From the UHGV virus genome UHGV-0149956: 64,000 nucleotides of DNA; one strand, written 5' to 3'. The notes beneath the pieces were generated by a model, which saw only the letters and a program-made list of their open reading frames with translations, did no database searches and was not told the origin of the DNA. A program made the position numbers and the translations under genes. The stretch is from a virus. Below are positions 41,010-54,247 of this stretch, one piece after another; position 1 is the stretch's first letter; the number at the start of each line of letters is the position of its first letter.

Positions 41010-41618
41010 ATGTCTAATACCTCGGCAAATGAAATTGTACCGCACTTACCGCTAATTTTCGAAAATGAAGCTAATGGGATTCTTCAGGATCTGGCCTATA
41101 CTCCATCGCTTATGGGGTTGATGATGTTCCCGACAGAAGAGGAGCTGAAAGCAGCGAGAAGCTACATAATTAACGTTTTTGAAGAGTGTTACCGAGCCGG
41201 TCATTTGCGCATTATGGGCTTTACTAATGAAGAAAACTTGTTCGGATACGCCTTAATCTTCGGACATCCATCGGGAAATTTTCCGTTGTACTGTCATAAA
41301 ATATATGTATATGAGCAATATCGTGGTAATGGACTTGGAAGTAATATACTGGCAGAAATACTTGCATTTCCAAATGAGGTCGCTTTGATTTGCCAGTCTG
41401 ATTTGGTTCCTTTTTATGAATCAGCCGGAATGCACTTTAAAGGAAATTACACCACTCCATCAGTCGCCAATTTCAAAAAAACTCGCGGCATGTATGAGGG
41501 GCTTTGTTTGATGAGCACTGAAAAAAATGCAAACTCTAATGGTGTACCTATATTCATGCTGAACGATAACGATATTGATAACATCATACAGGCTATCGCA
41601 TCATCGGCACCACGATAA
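41010..41618 (+). CDS. GNAT-family N-acetyltransferase
   Basis: Motif A YVYEQYRGNGLGSNILAEIL (R-x-x-G-x-G) and motif B NEVALICQSDLVPFYESAGMHF; low-GC gene preceded by a 200-bp AT-rich tract. Confidence 0.6.
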   Translation: MSNTSANEIVPHLPLIFENEANGILQDLAYTPSLMGLMMFPTEEELKAARSYIINVFEECYRAGHLRIMGFTNEENLFGYALIFGHPSGNFPLYCHKIYVYEQYRGNGLGSNILAEILAFPNEVALICQSDLVPFYESAGMHFKGNYTTPSVANFKKTRGMYEGLCLMSTEKNANSNGVPIFMLNDNDIDNIIQAIASSAPR

Positions 41619-41700
41619 TATTAATAATTCATCTCGCCGCAGGAACTACAAACCAGTTGATTGTTTGTGAAACGCCCGGTGCAAACCGGGCCAACAAAAC

Positions 41701-41949
41701 TCAATCAGCATTGAGAAGCAATGCATTATCTATGATGATCTGCTCCCATTCTTCGAATGCCCGGTCGCGGACGCCCTGGGGAACACTGTTTGTTTTGAAA
41801 TCGACGACTGTACGCCATTTCCCGTCCGGACGGTACATGCGCAGAGCTTTACTTCCCCCTTCCCTGCGCACCTCAACGTTATGCTTGTCAGCAAACTCTT
41901 GTAATGCTCGTAGCGTCCCATGCTTTACTGTGTAGTATCGCTTTTTCAA
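41701..41949 (-). CDS. lxc: small protein at the end of the ulx-darB transcription unit
   Basis: 82 aa, overlaps the upstream stop; named by synteny and size. Confidence 0.45.
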   Translation of the reverse strand: MKKRYYTVKHGTLRALQEFADKHNVEVRREGGSKALRMYRPDGKWRTVVDFKTNSVPQGVRDRAFEEWEQIIIDNALLLNAD

Positions 41950-42386
41950 GTTTTCTCTCCAGCCTGTGCCAAGGCTTCAACTTCCAAATCGTAAGACTCA
42001 AACTCATAGTCCTGGTCGTCAACTTCTTCAGGCACTGGCAGTAAATGCCAGGCTGAGTATATCTGACCATTATCAAAACGCTCCTGGCTGTAGAGCGTCG
42101 CGGCTATGAGTGTTAGCGCCGGGCGGTCATAACGGTAAATTTTGCGAACGTCACGGTCAACGAGACGACCGAAATTACCATAACCGCGCTCCAGTAATAA
42201 TTTTTTAATTTCCGGCCAGTATGGACCATAGCTGCGGTACAGGCGGGGATTTTTCAGTAATCGCCCGCGTAGCCCTGACAGGAAGAAATCAACGTATTCG
42301 TCTTCTGTCTTTCCTAACAACGCTGTACGGAGTACCGCCTCAAGATATGTTTTATTCGGTTTTATTGTATCAGATAGTGTGGCCAT
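41946..42386 (-). CDS. ulx: small protein downstream of darB
   Basis: 146-aa ORF immediately 3' of darB on the same strand; named by synteny. Confidence 0.45.
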   Translation of the reverse strand: MATLSDTIKPNKTYLEAVLRTALLGKTEDEYVDFFLSGLRGRLLKNPRLYRSYGPYWPEIKKLLLERGYGNFGRLVDRDVRKIYRYDRPALTLIAATLYSQERFDNGQIYSAWHLLPVPEEVDDQDYEFESYDLEVEALAQAGEKT

Positions 42387-42419
42387 ATTATGCGACGCCC
42401 GGCGAACCGGGCGCTCCTG

Positions 42420-45400
42420 TTATGCGTATTGTTGGATGACGGCCAGAACGTCCGCCACGTTGTGTTTTGTCTCGATAATCCACCAGTTACCTGGGAAGTC
42501 GCTGTTCTTCGCCTTCGCTGGCAACCAGCGAGCGCCGAATTTCGCCTTGATTGCGTCTTTCGCACGGAAAAGAACCCCTTTCATGCCGGAGGCTTCCTGA
42601 AGCCCAAATACCTCGCCAGCGGCGAATTTTGGTGCGTACATCATCTTCAGGTCGGCGGTGGATACGCGATAATTCAGACCAAGAGACTGAGCTATGCTGG
42701 TGGCATCACCCTGTATTGATGATAACTCTTCTTGTTTCTCGTTTCTGGCAGCAATTTCTTCCTCCGTGATGTTGCCAAGGGCCAGGTTTATCCGATCAGC
42801 GTCTGCCTGTTTCTCTTCATCGGTGCGCCCGGCAAGTACCGTGTTAATTCTGTGCAATATCTCCACATGATTCTTGCGCATGCTGAGCAATTCCGGCGTA
42901 ACCTCGTTAAGGTCCACCAGCCCAAGGATGGCAAGGTCGGTAAACATTGATACCAGGTTGTAGGTCATGCGATAGCTGAGTTGCCCATAGGCTGATGGCA
43001 ACTGCACCGCATCCATTTTATAGGCATCCATAAATTTAGAGCCGTCGTTTACGACATCCGCAATTGCCGGTGTGATTTTTCCTGTGGTGGCGGCCTCCCT
43101 GATTGCTGTTACCCACGATTGAGTCAGCGCGGCGACTGCATGATTCAGATTGACTTTCCGTTCTGCTGCAATGCGCGCGCTTGCTGCGTCCATTGCCTGC
43201 TTGATCTCGTCTTTATTGCTGTAAATGCCAATGGTGCCAAACTGTGCTGTGGTGATCTCATAATCTGACGCCCGGAACTCATTGGTACCGAAAATGGCAT
43301 TGGTGACTTCAAGTTCAGAATCCCCGTTACGAGTAGCCCCCTGGCTTGTTTTCTCCGGCATTCTGGCGATCGCATCCGCTATTTTCTCCTGAATTGCTTC
43401 AGGGGATAGCATATCTCCGTATGACGCGATTACATCGCCATAATTGGAGCCAAACAGTTCAACCAGGAATGCTTCTGCCGAACGGATCTGGCGGTTATTC
43501 CCTTCCGACATCATACCAAGCACCCATTTTGCAATTGACGACTTCAGCGCGCCGTCACGGCGATCCGGGTAAACCGCATGCTTCAGTGGGTCCGTATAGG
43601 TACCAACAAAATCAATGCTATAGCCTGACTCTGTAGTCTGAACGCCGTATGAGTCAGTGATTTTGATCATGCCGCGCTGCTGGAAACGGTAGAAATCGTC
43701 ACAGGAAACGATGTCGTTAATCCCGGCGATGGAGACGCCACCACTGATTTTCTGCATAACAGCATCTTCATCGGGAGTTACATCAACCTGTTTATCCAGC
43801 GTCTTCACATCCCAGTTACCAGATTTGGTGCCTTTGAAGGTGAAGATGATCTCCACGTCTGCGCGCTGGCTGTCGAAGTCCAGCGACTTAATGCGAACGA
43901 TATCACCGGCACAATCGTAGTATTGGCCTACACGCCATGAGCGATCGCCGATAACAAGGAACTCACTCGCATGGTTAACCAGGTCAGGATCAACATCCAG
44001 AATGCCTTTATTTAATGCATCCTCCACCAGCGGGCGCAGGCGTTTGATATCCGTCGCGGCCTTCTGAGTACGGTTCAATAATTTCTCATAGCGGGAGATG
44101 GCTTGAGAGATATTAGCCTTGCGCTGAATGGCGCTTTTCAACGACGCGCGATACTGTGCTAACAACATACGGTCTGTGTGATGGACACTCCCCCAGCGTG
44201 CCTTCCAGTCTGCGTTATCCGCTGCCTTGGCCATTGCCGCCTGTTTGAATTTAGCTACCTCGGCGGTGGTCTTTTCAAGTTCCGCTTTGCTTCGCTCTAA
44301 TTCAGCGGTAAGCACCTCCACATCCTCACCAGCTGCGTGCTGCGCCTTGATGTAGTTCTGAAGGTCGATAGTAGCCTGTTCTTTCTGGCGAGCGCGTTGC
44401 GCGGCTTTCGCCTTATCCATTTGAACCTGCATCATTGCCAGACGTTCGCCATCATCCTTAGCGGTATACATCTGCATTTCGATCATATCGTTGGCGTCGG
44501 CGTTCTCCATTTCTGACTTATCTGAACGGAGGATATCGGAGATCCAGCCTGCTTTACGCTTCAGCGTCTTCAGTCGGTATTCATCGAAAGAACCCTTGCC
44601 GCAGTAGTAGTGAACGCGAACGCTTGCACGGTTGGAGCCAACTCGGGCACCGCGACCGTTTCGTTGCGCAATACTGGCTGGAGTCCATGGCAACGTCAGA
44701 TGATGGATGTCAGTCGTTCCTCGATGCAGGTTGATACCCACCTCTGCCTTTTTGTTGCAGATGATGATCGGAGTCCGGCCCTCCTGGAAGTCGGCTGCAA
44801 TCTTTTCCAGACCGCCCAACGACATTTCATTTTGCTGCGCGATATAGGCGTCATACAGAGCCATTTGCTCGTTGTATTTCGCTATCTGTGCATCTGTTGG
44901 TTCATCCGGTAACTCTTTCGGCGGTTTAACCGCTTTCAGTTTCTTACCGGTTTTACCTGCCTCGGCAACCGTCTGAGCATTCAGTATCCCCACCTTTGAA
45001 GGTTCAAGGTTAAGAGCATTGCAGATAATGCGCTTGAGCTTCTGGTGCTGCGTTTTTTCATCGGTGAAGATGATTTGCTTACCTTCCGGGAAAAACTCCT
45101 TCAGCGTGGCAATCAGCTTCGCGTATTTGGGCGTAACGGGGTGAGTTACGGTCTGTTCGTCAATGCCAAACCTGGCCAGGCGCTTATTCACTTCCTGCTC
45201 GAACGCTTCCGGAACCTGCAACTGAATAAACTCGCCCTTATCTATCAGGGAGTATTGCGATTGCTGCGTGATTGAATCATCACTGTCGTCGTCTTCGCTG
45301 GTGGCTTGTTTAGGCAAACTGTCCGCCAGCTGCTGCACCGCATCGGCGTACTCCGGCAGGAAACGATAGGTGATCCGGCGATAGTACAGGTCCATGTCAG

Positions 45401-48400
45401 TACATACGCGGTCCATATCCCTGATTATTGAGAAGATCGGACGGGCTTTCTCGTGCTCAATCACGCCGTCTTCATTGACCGAGGTCGTTACGCCATTGTT
45501 GGCTTTGGCCGCCGCTTCCGCCTGCTGACGCAATTCTTCATACGCCGCCAGTTGTTCTTCAGTAAGTGGTGCATCCTGCTGGTGTTCGTCCAGCTCCGGG
45601 ATCTCCACGGTATCCTTAACGTCTTCCGCCGTTTTAAGCGTTACCCAGCGATGGAATATACCGCGCAGCGCATCAAGGTTTTCAAAGCCCACCAGCGCCA
45701 TTTTTTCTTCAACTTCACCGCTGATTTTCTGTACCGTTTCCAGCCTGGTCTTGCCGAAGAATTTAACGAAGTCATCAGGACCGTAGATCCCCATCTTCTG
45801 CCAGTATTCCTTCGGCAGAACATGAGAAAGCATGTTGTATGCATCGATCGGGGTGTTAACGACTGGCGTTGCAGTCAGGAGAACCGGCCCGCGCCCACCA
45901 TTCTTTTTCATCAGGTACGCGTTTTTAATTGCCATATCTCGCGCCGATTGCGCCACCGCGCTGGTGGGCAGATAGGCCAGTTGTGACGCTTCGCGACCAT
46001 TTTTATAGCTATTGCGGTAGTTGTGACCTTCGTCAGCGATCACACTATCGAAGCCCATATCCTCAAAGTACGGATACTTCTCTGCTTTTTCGGTGCCGGT
46101 ATCTGAATACTCCGACAATACCCGGCGACGCGCGGCCTCTTTGCGGTGGGAGTCGGAGTCCATTGCGCTGGCTACGCGCCCGGCGGCAACGAAGTCATAA
46201 AGCATGTCTTGTGCATGCTCATCTACGGTGTCATCACGTAGCGGAATGCGGGCGTATTGTTCTTTGGTAAACACGACTGCACGGTAGTTTGAGTGCGGGA
46301 TCGCGTTCATCCGCGCCGTGATAGTGGCTTCATCTGCCAGCTTAAGAGCATCGCGCATAACTGGAGTGCCATCAGTACCAAGAACAGGTTTACCGTTCTC
46401 ATTGAGCACCGGCACCTGGCGAATCTGATCGCCATCCATCAGCACATCAAGACCGACGAACAAGTAGTTACTGAATGCCTCTTCACTCAGGAATTCTTTT
46501 GCTTCGTAATACCAATTTTCCAGCACTGATTTAGGCACTACATACGCAGTACGGGTAGAGCGACCGTTCTCATAGTTGAACGCCTCAAGCGCCAGCGCGG
46601 TCGTGGTTTTACCCAGCCCGGTGCCGAAGCCCAGGATGCCGCGCCCATCTTCGGACAGTCGGCGCACCTCGCTATTCTGGTAATCAAATGGCTGGCGCTT
46701 ACCGCTTAATCCCTTCAACCCAAGCGGATCGCCAGAGTGTTCATACGGGATATTGCTATTGAACACATCGTTGTATTTGGCAACCAGCTCATCGTAGCGA
46801 TCGTGCGTCTTGATCCACTTATTGAACTGGTCCTCAAGCAGTGCCATCTGCTCGCGGTAGCCGTTCGCCGTCGCGCTATCTTTGCCACCGATACGCGCAC
46901 CATTGAGATACTTTTCCAGCTGTGCCGGGAACCCGGTCGCGTTTTCACCCGATTTACGGTCCCACTCGTAGCGGATCTCGCCTGTTTCTTTATCCTTGCG
47001 CTGGACGACACCGTATCGGTGCCCGACGAACAGACCATCACCACCGTGATAGGTGTCAGAAACCATTTCGTCGCCTTCCAACTGCACTGACTGCACATAG
47101 CGCAGATCCGGATAGCCGTTTTCCTGCAAAAATTCCAGAATGACGGAACGGTCGAACCAACGGCTATTGAGCTTAAACCGGATATTCTCTGCTGGCGTCT
47201 TGATGCGCTTCTCTTCGATAGCTGCCAGCTGATTAAGGACGTTGTTCTTTACTGGACCGTCGGGGAGTGTGGCGAGGAATTCCTGTTTTGGAGCCACTAT
47301 CTCGTTAATGTCGCCGCTGGTGGCGCGGGCGAACGGAACAATCCCGCCATACGGTGAAACCGCAATACCAGGGGTGCTGGCCAATAAATTAAGCAACTCT
47401 TCATCACTGGCTGGCAGTTCGCCGGTAAACGCAAGGCGGAAATCATCGAGCTGGATTGGATCGCGGGTGAGATCGCTATAGAGATAACGCAGGGTGTCCT
47501 GATAGCTGGTGGAGTCATAACTTGCGCTGGAATCATGCGTAACCAGCTTCCCTGTCAGCTCGTCAGAAATAGTGCCATCCAGCTTAATTGCACCACGGAA
47601 AGCAAACCAGGCGCGCGCACCGCTCCCCGACAATTTCGCTATCGGACCGCGACCGGGGTTACCAAAACGGTCAATCTCTGCCTGCAAACGGGATACCAGA
47701 GAAAGGCGCTGCTGTTCGATTTGTTCAGCACTATGCCCGGCGGCCTTCATGTCCTGATATTCAATTAACATCCGGCCAATCATCGCCCCGCGATACAAGC
47801 GTTCACGGTATTTTTCAGGCTGGCTGTTAATCCAGTCCACTAGCTGCACCATATCGTCGCTGATTGATGTGGTGTACTTATCGCGGACATTTGCCATCTG
47901 GGTAAATGTCATACCGAGACGGCCTTCTGTTGTAGTCAGGTTACGCTGAAGAGCCTCCCAGCTGTCCGCGCCATAACTGGCAACATCAATCTTCAGCTCC
48001 TTCCCTGCATCAGATTCAATCCAGCGACCACCAGCATATTTTTGCCATACGCCATTAATCAGGCGCATTTCCCCTTCATCAACAACATCTGCGGTCGGTG
48101 ACGGTTCAGCCATATCGAGCAAAGACCAGTCGATACGACTTTCGAAACGATGAATCAGCTTCGCTTTAAGAGCCTGGTTATCAATCTGCCCGTCGGCACG
48201 AACCTCAATACGCCCCTGGAAGCCCTTTTCCTGGGTACCATGAACAAACCGGCGGCCGTCCTTTTCAAACCACTTGCCAGAAATAAACGTTGGCCAAAGC
48301 ACATTTGCCGATTCAAGAGTGCTTTCATCCACCAGGGGGATTTTCTCAGCCATCTCTGCCGGATGTTTGCGCATCAGCACCACATCAACGACTGTACTGG

Positions 48401-49187
48401 TCCCGTTTGCGTCAAAAGTACCGGTAGGCAAGCGGTGAGCGCCAAGAAATTCAGCTTTACGGGATAGGCGCAGGCGTAACCGCTTCATGTTTGAACCTGA
48501 AACAATGGACGGCGGCACAATCACGCACATGAATCCGCCTGGCTTTATCTTGTCCAGCATGCGGAGCATGAAGTAAGAACCCATGTCCGTTTCTTCTGCG
48601 TAAGGCTTATCGATGTTGCGTGTGTTATCACGACCACCGAACGGAACGTTACCCACAACATGGTCGAATGAATCGTTAGGCGTGCTTACAGCCAGCTGTT
48701 CGAACGGGGAAATCTGTACGCTGTCTTCCGGGTGTAACAGCTGGTTTATACGACCGGAAACACTGCTGATCTCAGTCGCAGTCATCACCGTACCAACCGG
48801 TTTTGTCTCATTAAAAACGCCGGTGCCCGCCGATGGTTCCAGAGTGTTACCTACGTCCGCGCCGTAGAGCTTCATGATCTCCCAGACACCTTCAGCGATC
48901 GGCTTTGGTGTGTAATATTCGGAGACGGACCCGCCAATGCCGCCTTCACCGGTGTACCCAGCCAGGATCTGGCGCTGTTCATCTGTCAGTGTCGCGCCGT
49001 CCACCAGCGAATTAAGCAAATCTATCGCCTTCTGATTCGCCTCCCGGCGCAGTCGGTCATAGCTTTTGCCTTCCACCTTTTCCACGCCGTATTTAATCGG
49101 CGCTCGGTGAGATGTTATTGCCCTAATGTATTTCAATATTTCGCTGACACTTGAACAGCGAAACACCCCCATAGATAGCTTGTTCAT
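42420..49187 (-). CDS. darB: DarB antirestriction protein (methyltransferase-helicase fusion)
   Basis: 2255 aa; N-terminal N6-MTase-like NVPFGGRD; helicase Walker A GFGTGLGKTT and DEGHNYRN box; helicase C-terminal motif IAQRNGRGAR. Confidence 0.85.
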   Translation of the reverse strand: MNKLSMGVFRCSSVSEILKYIRAITSHRAPIKYGVEKVEGKSYDRLRREANQKAIDLLNSLVDGATLTDEQRQILAGYTGEGGIGGSVSEYYTPKPIAEGVWEIMKLYGADVGNTLEPSAGTGVFNETKPVGTVMTATEISSVSGRINQLLHPEDSVQISPFEQLAVSTPNDSFDHVVGNVPFGGRDNTRNIDKPYAEETDMGSYFMLRMLDKIKPGGFMCVIVPPSIVSGSNMKRLRLRLSRKAEFLGAHRLPTGTFDANGTSTVVDVVLMRKHPAEMAEKIPLVDESTLESANVLWPTFISGKWFEKDGRRFVHGTQEKGFQGRIEVRADGQIDNQALKAKLIHRFESRIDWSLLDMAEPSPTADVVDEGEMRLINGVWQKYAGGRWIESDAGKELKIDVASYGADSWEALQRNLTTTEGRLGMTFTQMANVRDKYTTSISDDMVQLVDWINSQPEKYRERLYRGAMIGRMLIEYQDMKAAGHSAEQIEQQRLSLVSRLQAEIDRFGNPGRGPIAKLSGSGARAWFAFRGAIKLDGTISDELTGKLVTHDSSASYDSTSYQDTLRYLYSDLTRDPIQLDDFRLAFTGELPASDEELLNLLASTPGIAVSPYGGIVPFARATSGDINEIVAPKQEFLATLPDGPVKNNVLNQLAAIEEKRIKTPAENIRFKLNSRWFDRSVILEFLQENGYPDLRYVQSVQLEGDEMVSDTYHGGDGLFVGHRYGVVQRKDKETGEIRYEWDRKSGENATGFPAQLEKYLNGARIGGKDSATANGYREQMALLEDQFNKWIKTHDRYDELVAKYNDVFNSNIPYEHSGDPLGLKGLSGKRQPFDYQNSEVRRLSEDGRGILGFGTGLGKTTTALALEAFNYENGRSTRTAYVVPKSVLENWYYEAKEFLSEEAFSNYLFVGLDVLMDGDQIRQVPVLNENGKPVLGTDGTPVMRDALKLADEATITARMNAIPHSNYRAVVFTKEQYARIPLRDDTVDEHAQDMLYDFVAAGRVASAMDSDSHRKEAARRRVLSEYSDTGTEKAEKYPYFEDMGFDSVIADEGHNYRNSYKNGREASQLAYLPTSAVAQSARDMAIKNAYLMKKNGGRGPVLLTATPVVNTPIDAYNMLSHVLPKEYWQKMGIYGPDDFVKFFGKTRLETVQKISGEVEEKMALVGFENLDALRGIFHRWVTLKTAEDVKDTVEIPELDEHQQDAPLTEEQLAAYEELRQQAEAAAKANNGVTTSVNEDGVIEHEKARPIFSIIRDMDRVCTDMDLYYRRITYRFLPEYADAVQQLADSLPKQATSEDDDSDDSITQQSQYSLIDKGEFIQLQVPEAFEQEVNKRLARFGIDEQTVTHPVTPKYAKLIATLKEFFPEGKQIIFTDEKTQHQKLKRIICNALNLEPSKVGILNAQTVAEAGKTGKKLKAVKPPKELPDEPTDAQIAKYNEQMALYDAYIAQQNEMSLGGLEKIAADFQEGRTPIIICNKKAEVGINLHRGTTDIHHLTLPWTPASIAQRNGRGARVGSNRASVRVHYYCGKGSFDEYRLKTLKRKAGWISDILRSDKSEMENADANDMIEMQMYTAKDDGERLAMMQVQMDKAKAAQRARQKEQATIDLQNYIKAQHAAGEDVEVLTAELERSKAELEKTTAEVAKFKQAAMAKAADNADWKARWGSVHHTDRMLLAQYRASLKSAIQRKANISQAISRYEKLLNRTQKAATDIKRLRPLVEDALNKGILDVDPDLVNHASEFLVIGDRSWRVGQYYDCAGDIVRIKSLDFDSQRADVEIIFTFKGTKSGNWDVKTLDKQVDVTPDEDAVMQKISGGVSIAGINDIVSCDDFYRFQQRGMIKITDSYGVQTTESGYSIDFVGTYTDPLKHAVYPDRRDGALKSSIAKWVLGMMSEGNNRQIRSAEAFLVELFGSNYGDVIASYGDMLSPEAIQEKIADAIARMPEKTSQGATRNGDSELEVTNAIFGTNEFRASDYEITTAQFGTIGIYSNKDEIKQAMDAASARIAAERKVNLNHAVAALTQSWVTAIREAATTGKITPAIADVVNDGSKFMDAYKMDAVQLPSAYGQLSYRMTYNLVSMFTDLAILGLVDLNEVTPELLSMRKNHVEILHRINTVLAGRTDEEKQADADRINLALGNITEEEIAARNEKQEELSSIQGDATSIAQSLGLNYRVSTADLKMMYAPKFAAGEVFGLQEASGMKGVLFRAKDAIKAKFGARWLPAKAKNSDFPGNWWIIETKHNVADVLAVIQQYA

Positions 49188-49253
49188 TGGTAATCCTTAA
49201 CAAGTGACTAGTGTTAAATTCCGTTCAAACACGATGTGAATTATTCTAATTAA

Positions 49254-51984
<2,731 letters not shown>

Positions 51985-52275
51985 CCACCAAAAATAACCC
52001 CGGCAGCTGCCGGGGTTCTCGTTAACTATTATCGCCTTCGCCTGCGTGCCATATATTTGCGCACCGCGCGGCGTGGACAATCTGAAGCGGTTTCTTTCTG
52101 CTGCATCAATCTCGCAGCCATGCTCAAAAATGTCAGGCACAGCCGAAGCCCGGCATACAATAGCGGTTCCAGTGGCCACGTCTCATTGAGCACATATACC
52201 GCCATGAAAATCGAGTCAAAAACTATCGCCGCCAGCGATAACTTCATTGTCGAAAGTCGGCGGAGCTGCCGGAGT

Positions 52276-52833
52276 TTATTCATTGACAAGCCCCGTCAGG
52301 CAAAGCTGGCGTTCTTCTTCACGGCGAATCTTTAACCCGGGCAGGGGGACGCCGTTACTGTTCACGAAATCAGGGAGATGGTTACACATATTCACCCATT
52401 CCCCTTTCTGCGCCCACTTGTGGATGGACGTTTCGACTCGCATGCCTCGCGCTTTGCTGTAGTAGGTCCGTAAACTATTGCATCCCATATTGAATGCCGC
52501 GCTTGTCATTGCGCTGAAGGCATTATCGGGCATGTCTTTGCCCCGGAAGTGCTGGTTAATACAGCGTTCAGCGATCAGGATATTCTTTTCCCAATCAGCG
52601 GCGATTTGCTGGTCTGTTTTTCGCACACCCGGCGTTACCCCGTGTGTATTACCGATCCCGTCAGTCCATACCCCCGCCGGGCACATGTATGGATCACGTC
52701 GGCAACCTTCAGCGTTACCAATCAGCTCAAGCCCCGCCTGGTTGGTTCGCACATTGCCATTACCCATCACGATGGTAATCATCACCGCGATAGCGCAAAT
52801 TGCACCGCCTCCTGCGGCTGTTTTTCCCTTCAT
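52276..52833 (-). CDS. lyz: SAR endolysin (T4-lysozyme fold with signal-anchor)
   Basis: 185 aa from MKGKTAAGGGAICAIAVMITIVMG (signal-anchor), then lysozyme core LELIGNAEGCRRDPY...GVWTDGIGNTHG. Confidence 0.85.
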   Translation of the reverse strand: MKGKTAAGGGAICAIAVMITIVMGNGNVRTNQAGLELIGNAEGCRRDPYMCPAGVWTDGIGNTHGVTPGVRKTDQQIAADWEKNILIAERCINQHFRGKDMPDNAFSAMTSAAFNMGCNSLRTYYSKARGMRVETSIHKWAQKGEWVNMCNHLPDFVNSNGVPLPGLKIRREEERQLCLTGLVNE

Positions 52834-52966
52834 AAAGACCTCATAAGCGAATTTTTTACGCTCCAGGACAAACACCCATTCACAGCCAATACCGACTGAC
52901 TCGATCCCTTTAGAAGGCACAGGATAATGCAAATCACTTGTTAGCTACGTTTCAAAGATATACATT

Positions 52967-52983
52967 ATTGCTCTAATTAATTT
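52967..52983 (+). promoter_or_regulatory. C1 operator between lyz and ssb
   Basis: ATTGCTCTAATTAATTT, 16/17. Confidence 0.55.
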
Positions 52984-53002
52984 ATTTTATTAGGTAAGAT
53001 AA

Positions 53003-53491
53003 GTGGCACAACGCGGTGTAAACAAAGTCATCCTGATTGGTACCCTGGGGCAAGACCCGGAGATCAGGTATATACCAAATGGCGGAGCGGTCGGAAGACT
53101 CAGCATCGCAACGAATGAATCATGGCGCGACAAGCAAACGGGCCAACAGAAAGAGCAAACAGAATGGCATAAAGTCGTTTTGTTCGGAAAACTTGCTGAA
53201 ATTGCGAGTGAATATTTACGAAAAGGTTCTCAGGTCTACATCGAAGGGAAACTTAAAACCCGTAAGTGGACAGATGACGCCGGTGTAGAACGTTACACGA
53301 CGGAAATTATCGTCAGCCAGGGCGGCACCATGCAAATGATCGGCGCTCTCCGTGACGATTCACAGTCCTCAAATGGCTGGGGGCAATCAAACCAACCTCA
53401 AAACCACCAGCAATACAGCGGTGGCGGTAAACCTCAGAGCAACGCCAATAACGAACCTCCAATGGACTTTGACGACGATATTCCGTTTTAA
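53003..53491 (+). CDS. ssb: single-stranded DNA-binding protein
   Basis: GTG start; N-terminal OB fold near-identical to E. coli SSB ([53 protein letters not shown]); C-terminal MDFDDDIPF tail. Confidence 0.95.
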   Translation: MAQRGVNKVILIGTLGQDPEIRYIPNGGAVGRLSIATNESWRDKQTGQQKEQTEWHKVVLFGKLAEIASEYLRKGSQVYIEGKLKTRKWTDDAGVERYTTEIIVSQGGTMQMIGALRDDSQSSNGWGQSNQPQNHQQYSGGGKPQSNANNEPPMDFDDDIPF

Positions 53492-53590
53492 CGAATAGCT
53501 CCCCCCCCGAGATATTGCTTTCGCTGGTGGGAAAACATTCCTGACCCACCTGAAGGCGCAATACATCAGGTTTTAAGCAGAGGAAAGGCT

Positions 53591-54241
53591 ATGAATAACA
53601 TGACAACGAAAGAGCTTTTTAAATTCCTTCCCAAATACAAAGCTCACAAAAACGTTAGTGCATCGAAAATCAAAAATGTTGTTATTTTCGGAGTAACTGA
53701 TGCCCCACTTTGGGGCTGCATCGAACTCGTTGAACCAAAAGGGGCAACAGTTTGTGTTGACGCAATGTTTTTACAAAAACACCGACCAAAAACTGGCGGG
53801 TATCTGATCGTTTATGAAAACGGTTATCTGTTCTATGCCCCGGAGAAACCATTTGAGCAATGCTATGGCCTGGTTAACGACGCCTCCGAAAATGGAACCA
53901 CGGTCATCATTACGGATGACAACGGCGTGATGATTAATCTTACCGGGAGCGTAACTATTTCTGCTGGTGGCATCACCACCCAGCAAGAAGAAATCGACCT
54001 TGAAGCAGCCGACTTCTCTGACGCGCTAATGTGGTTGAAGGAAGGCAAGAAAGTTGCCCGACGCGAGTGGAAAGGCGAAAAGCAATTCTGCTGGTTAGTT
54101 CTCGCTGGAAGCGTCAATTTACACGACATTCAGGTTCCTTATGGTGACCATTTTGTATTGAAAGATGCACAAAATATGGACAGCGTTTGGTTGCCGTCTG
54201 TGGATGATTTACTGGCCTGTGACTGGTTTGTAGTGGAGTGA
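53591..54241 (+). CDS. two-domain protein with C-terminal DUF2829-like domain
   Basis: C-terminal 75 aa DFSDALMWLKEGKKVARREWKG...WLPSVDDLLACDWFVVE matches the DUF2829 pattern from memory. Confidence 0.5.
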   Translation: MNNMTTKELFKFLPKYKAHKNVSASKIKNVVIFGVTDAPLWGCIELVEPKGATVCVDAMFLQKHRPKTGGYLIVYENGYLFYAPEKPFEQCYGLVNDASENGTTVIITDDNGVMINLTGSVTISAGGITTQQEEIDLEAADFSDALMWLKEGKKVARREWKGEKQFCWLVLAGSVNLHDIQVPYGDHFVLKDAQNMDSVWLPSVDDLLACDWFVVE

Positions 54242-54247
54242 TTTAAC

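Noticed and set aside
40811-42386. Type III restriction-modification genes (res/mod) expected here from the P1 archetype
   Set aside because: No ORF with restriction-helicase or mod-methylase motifs is present; the interval holds only the GNAT gene and two small minus-strand ORFs.
43145-48867. Multiple 60-180-aa ORFs on the plus strand within darB
   Set aside because: All are antisense to the 2255-aa darB frame, which has clear helicase and methyltransferase motifs; typical spurious frames in a long gene.
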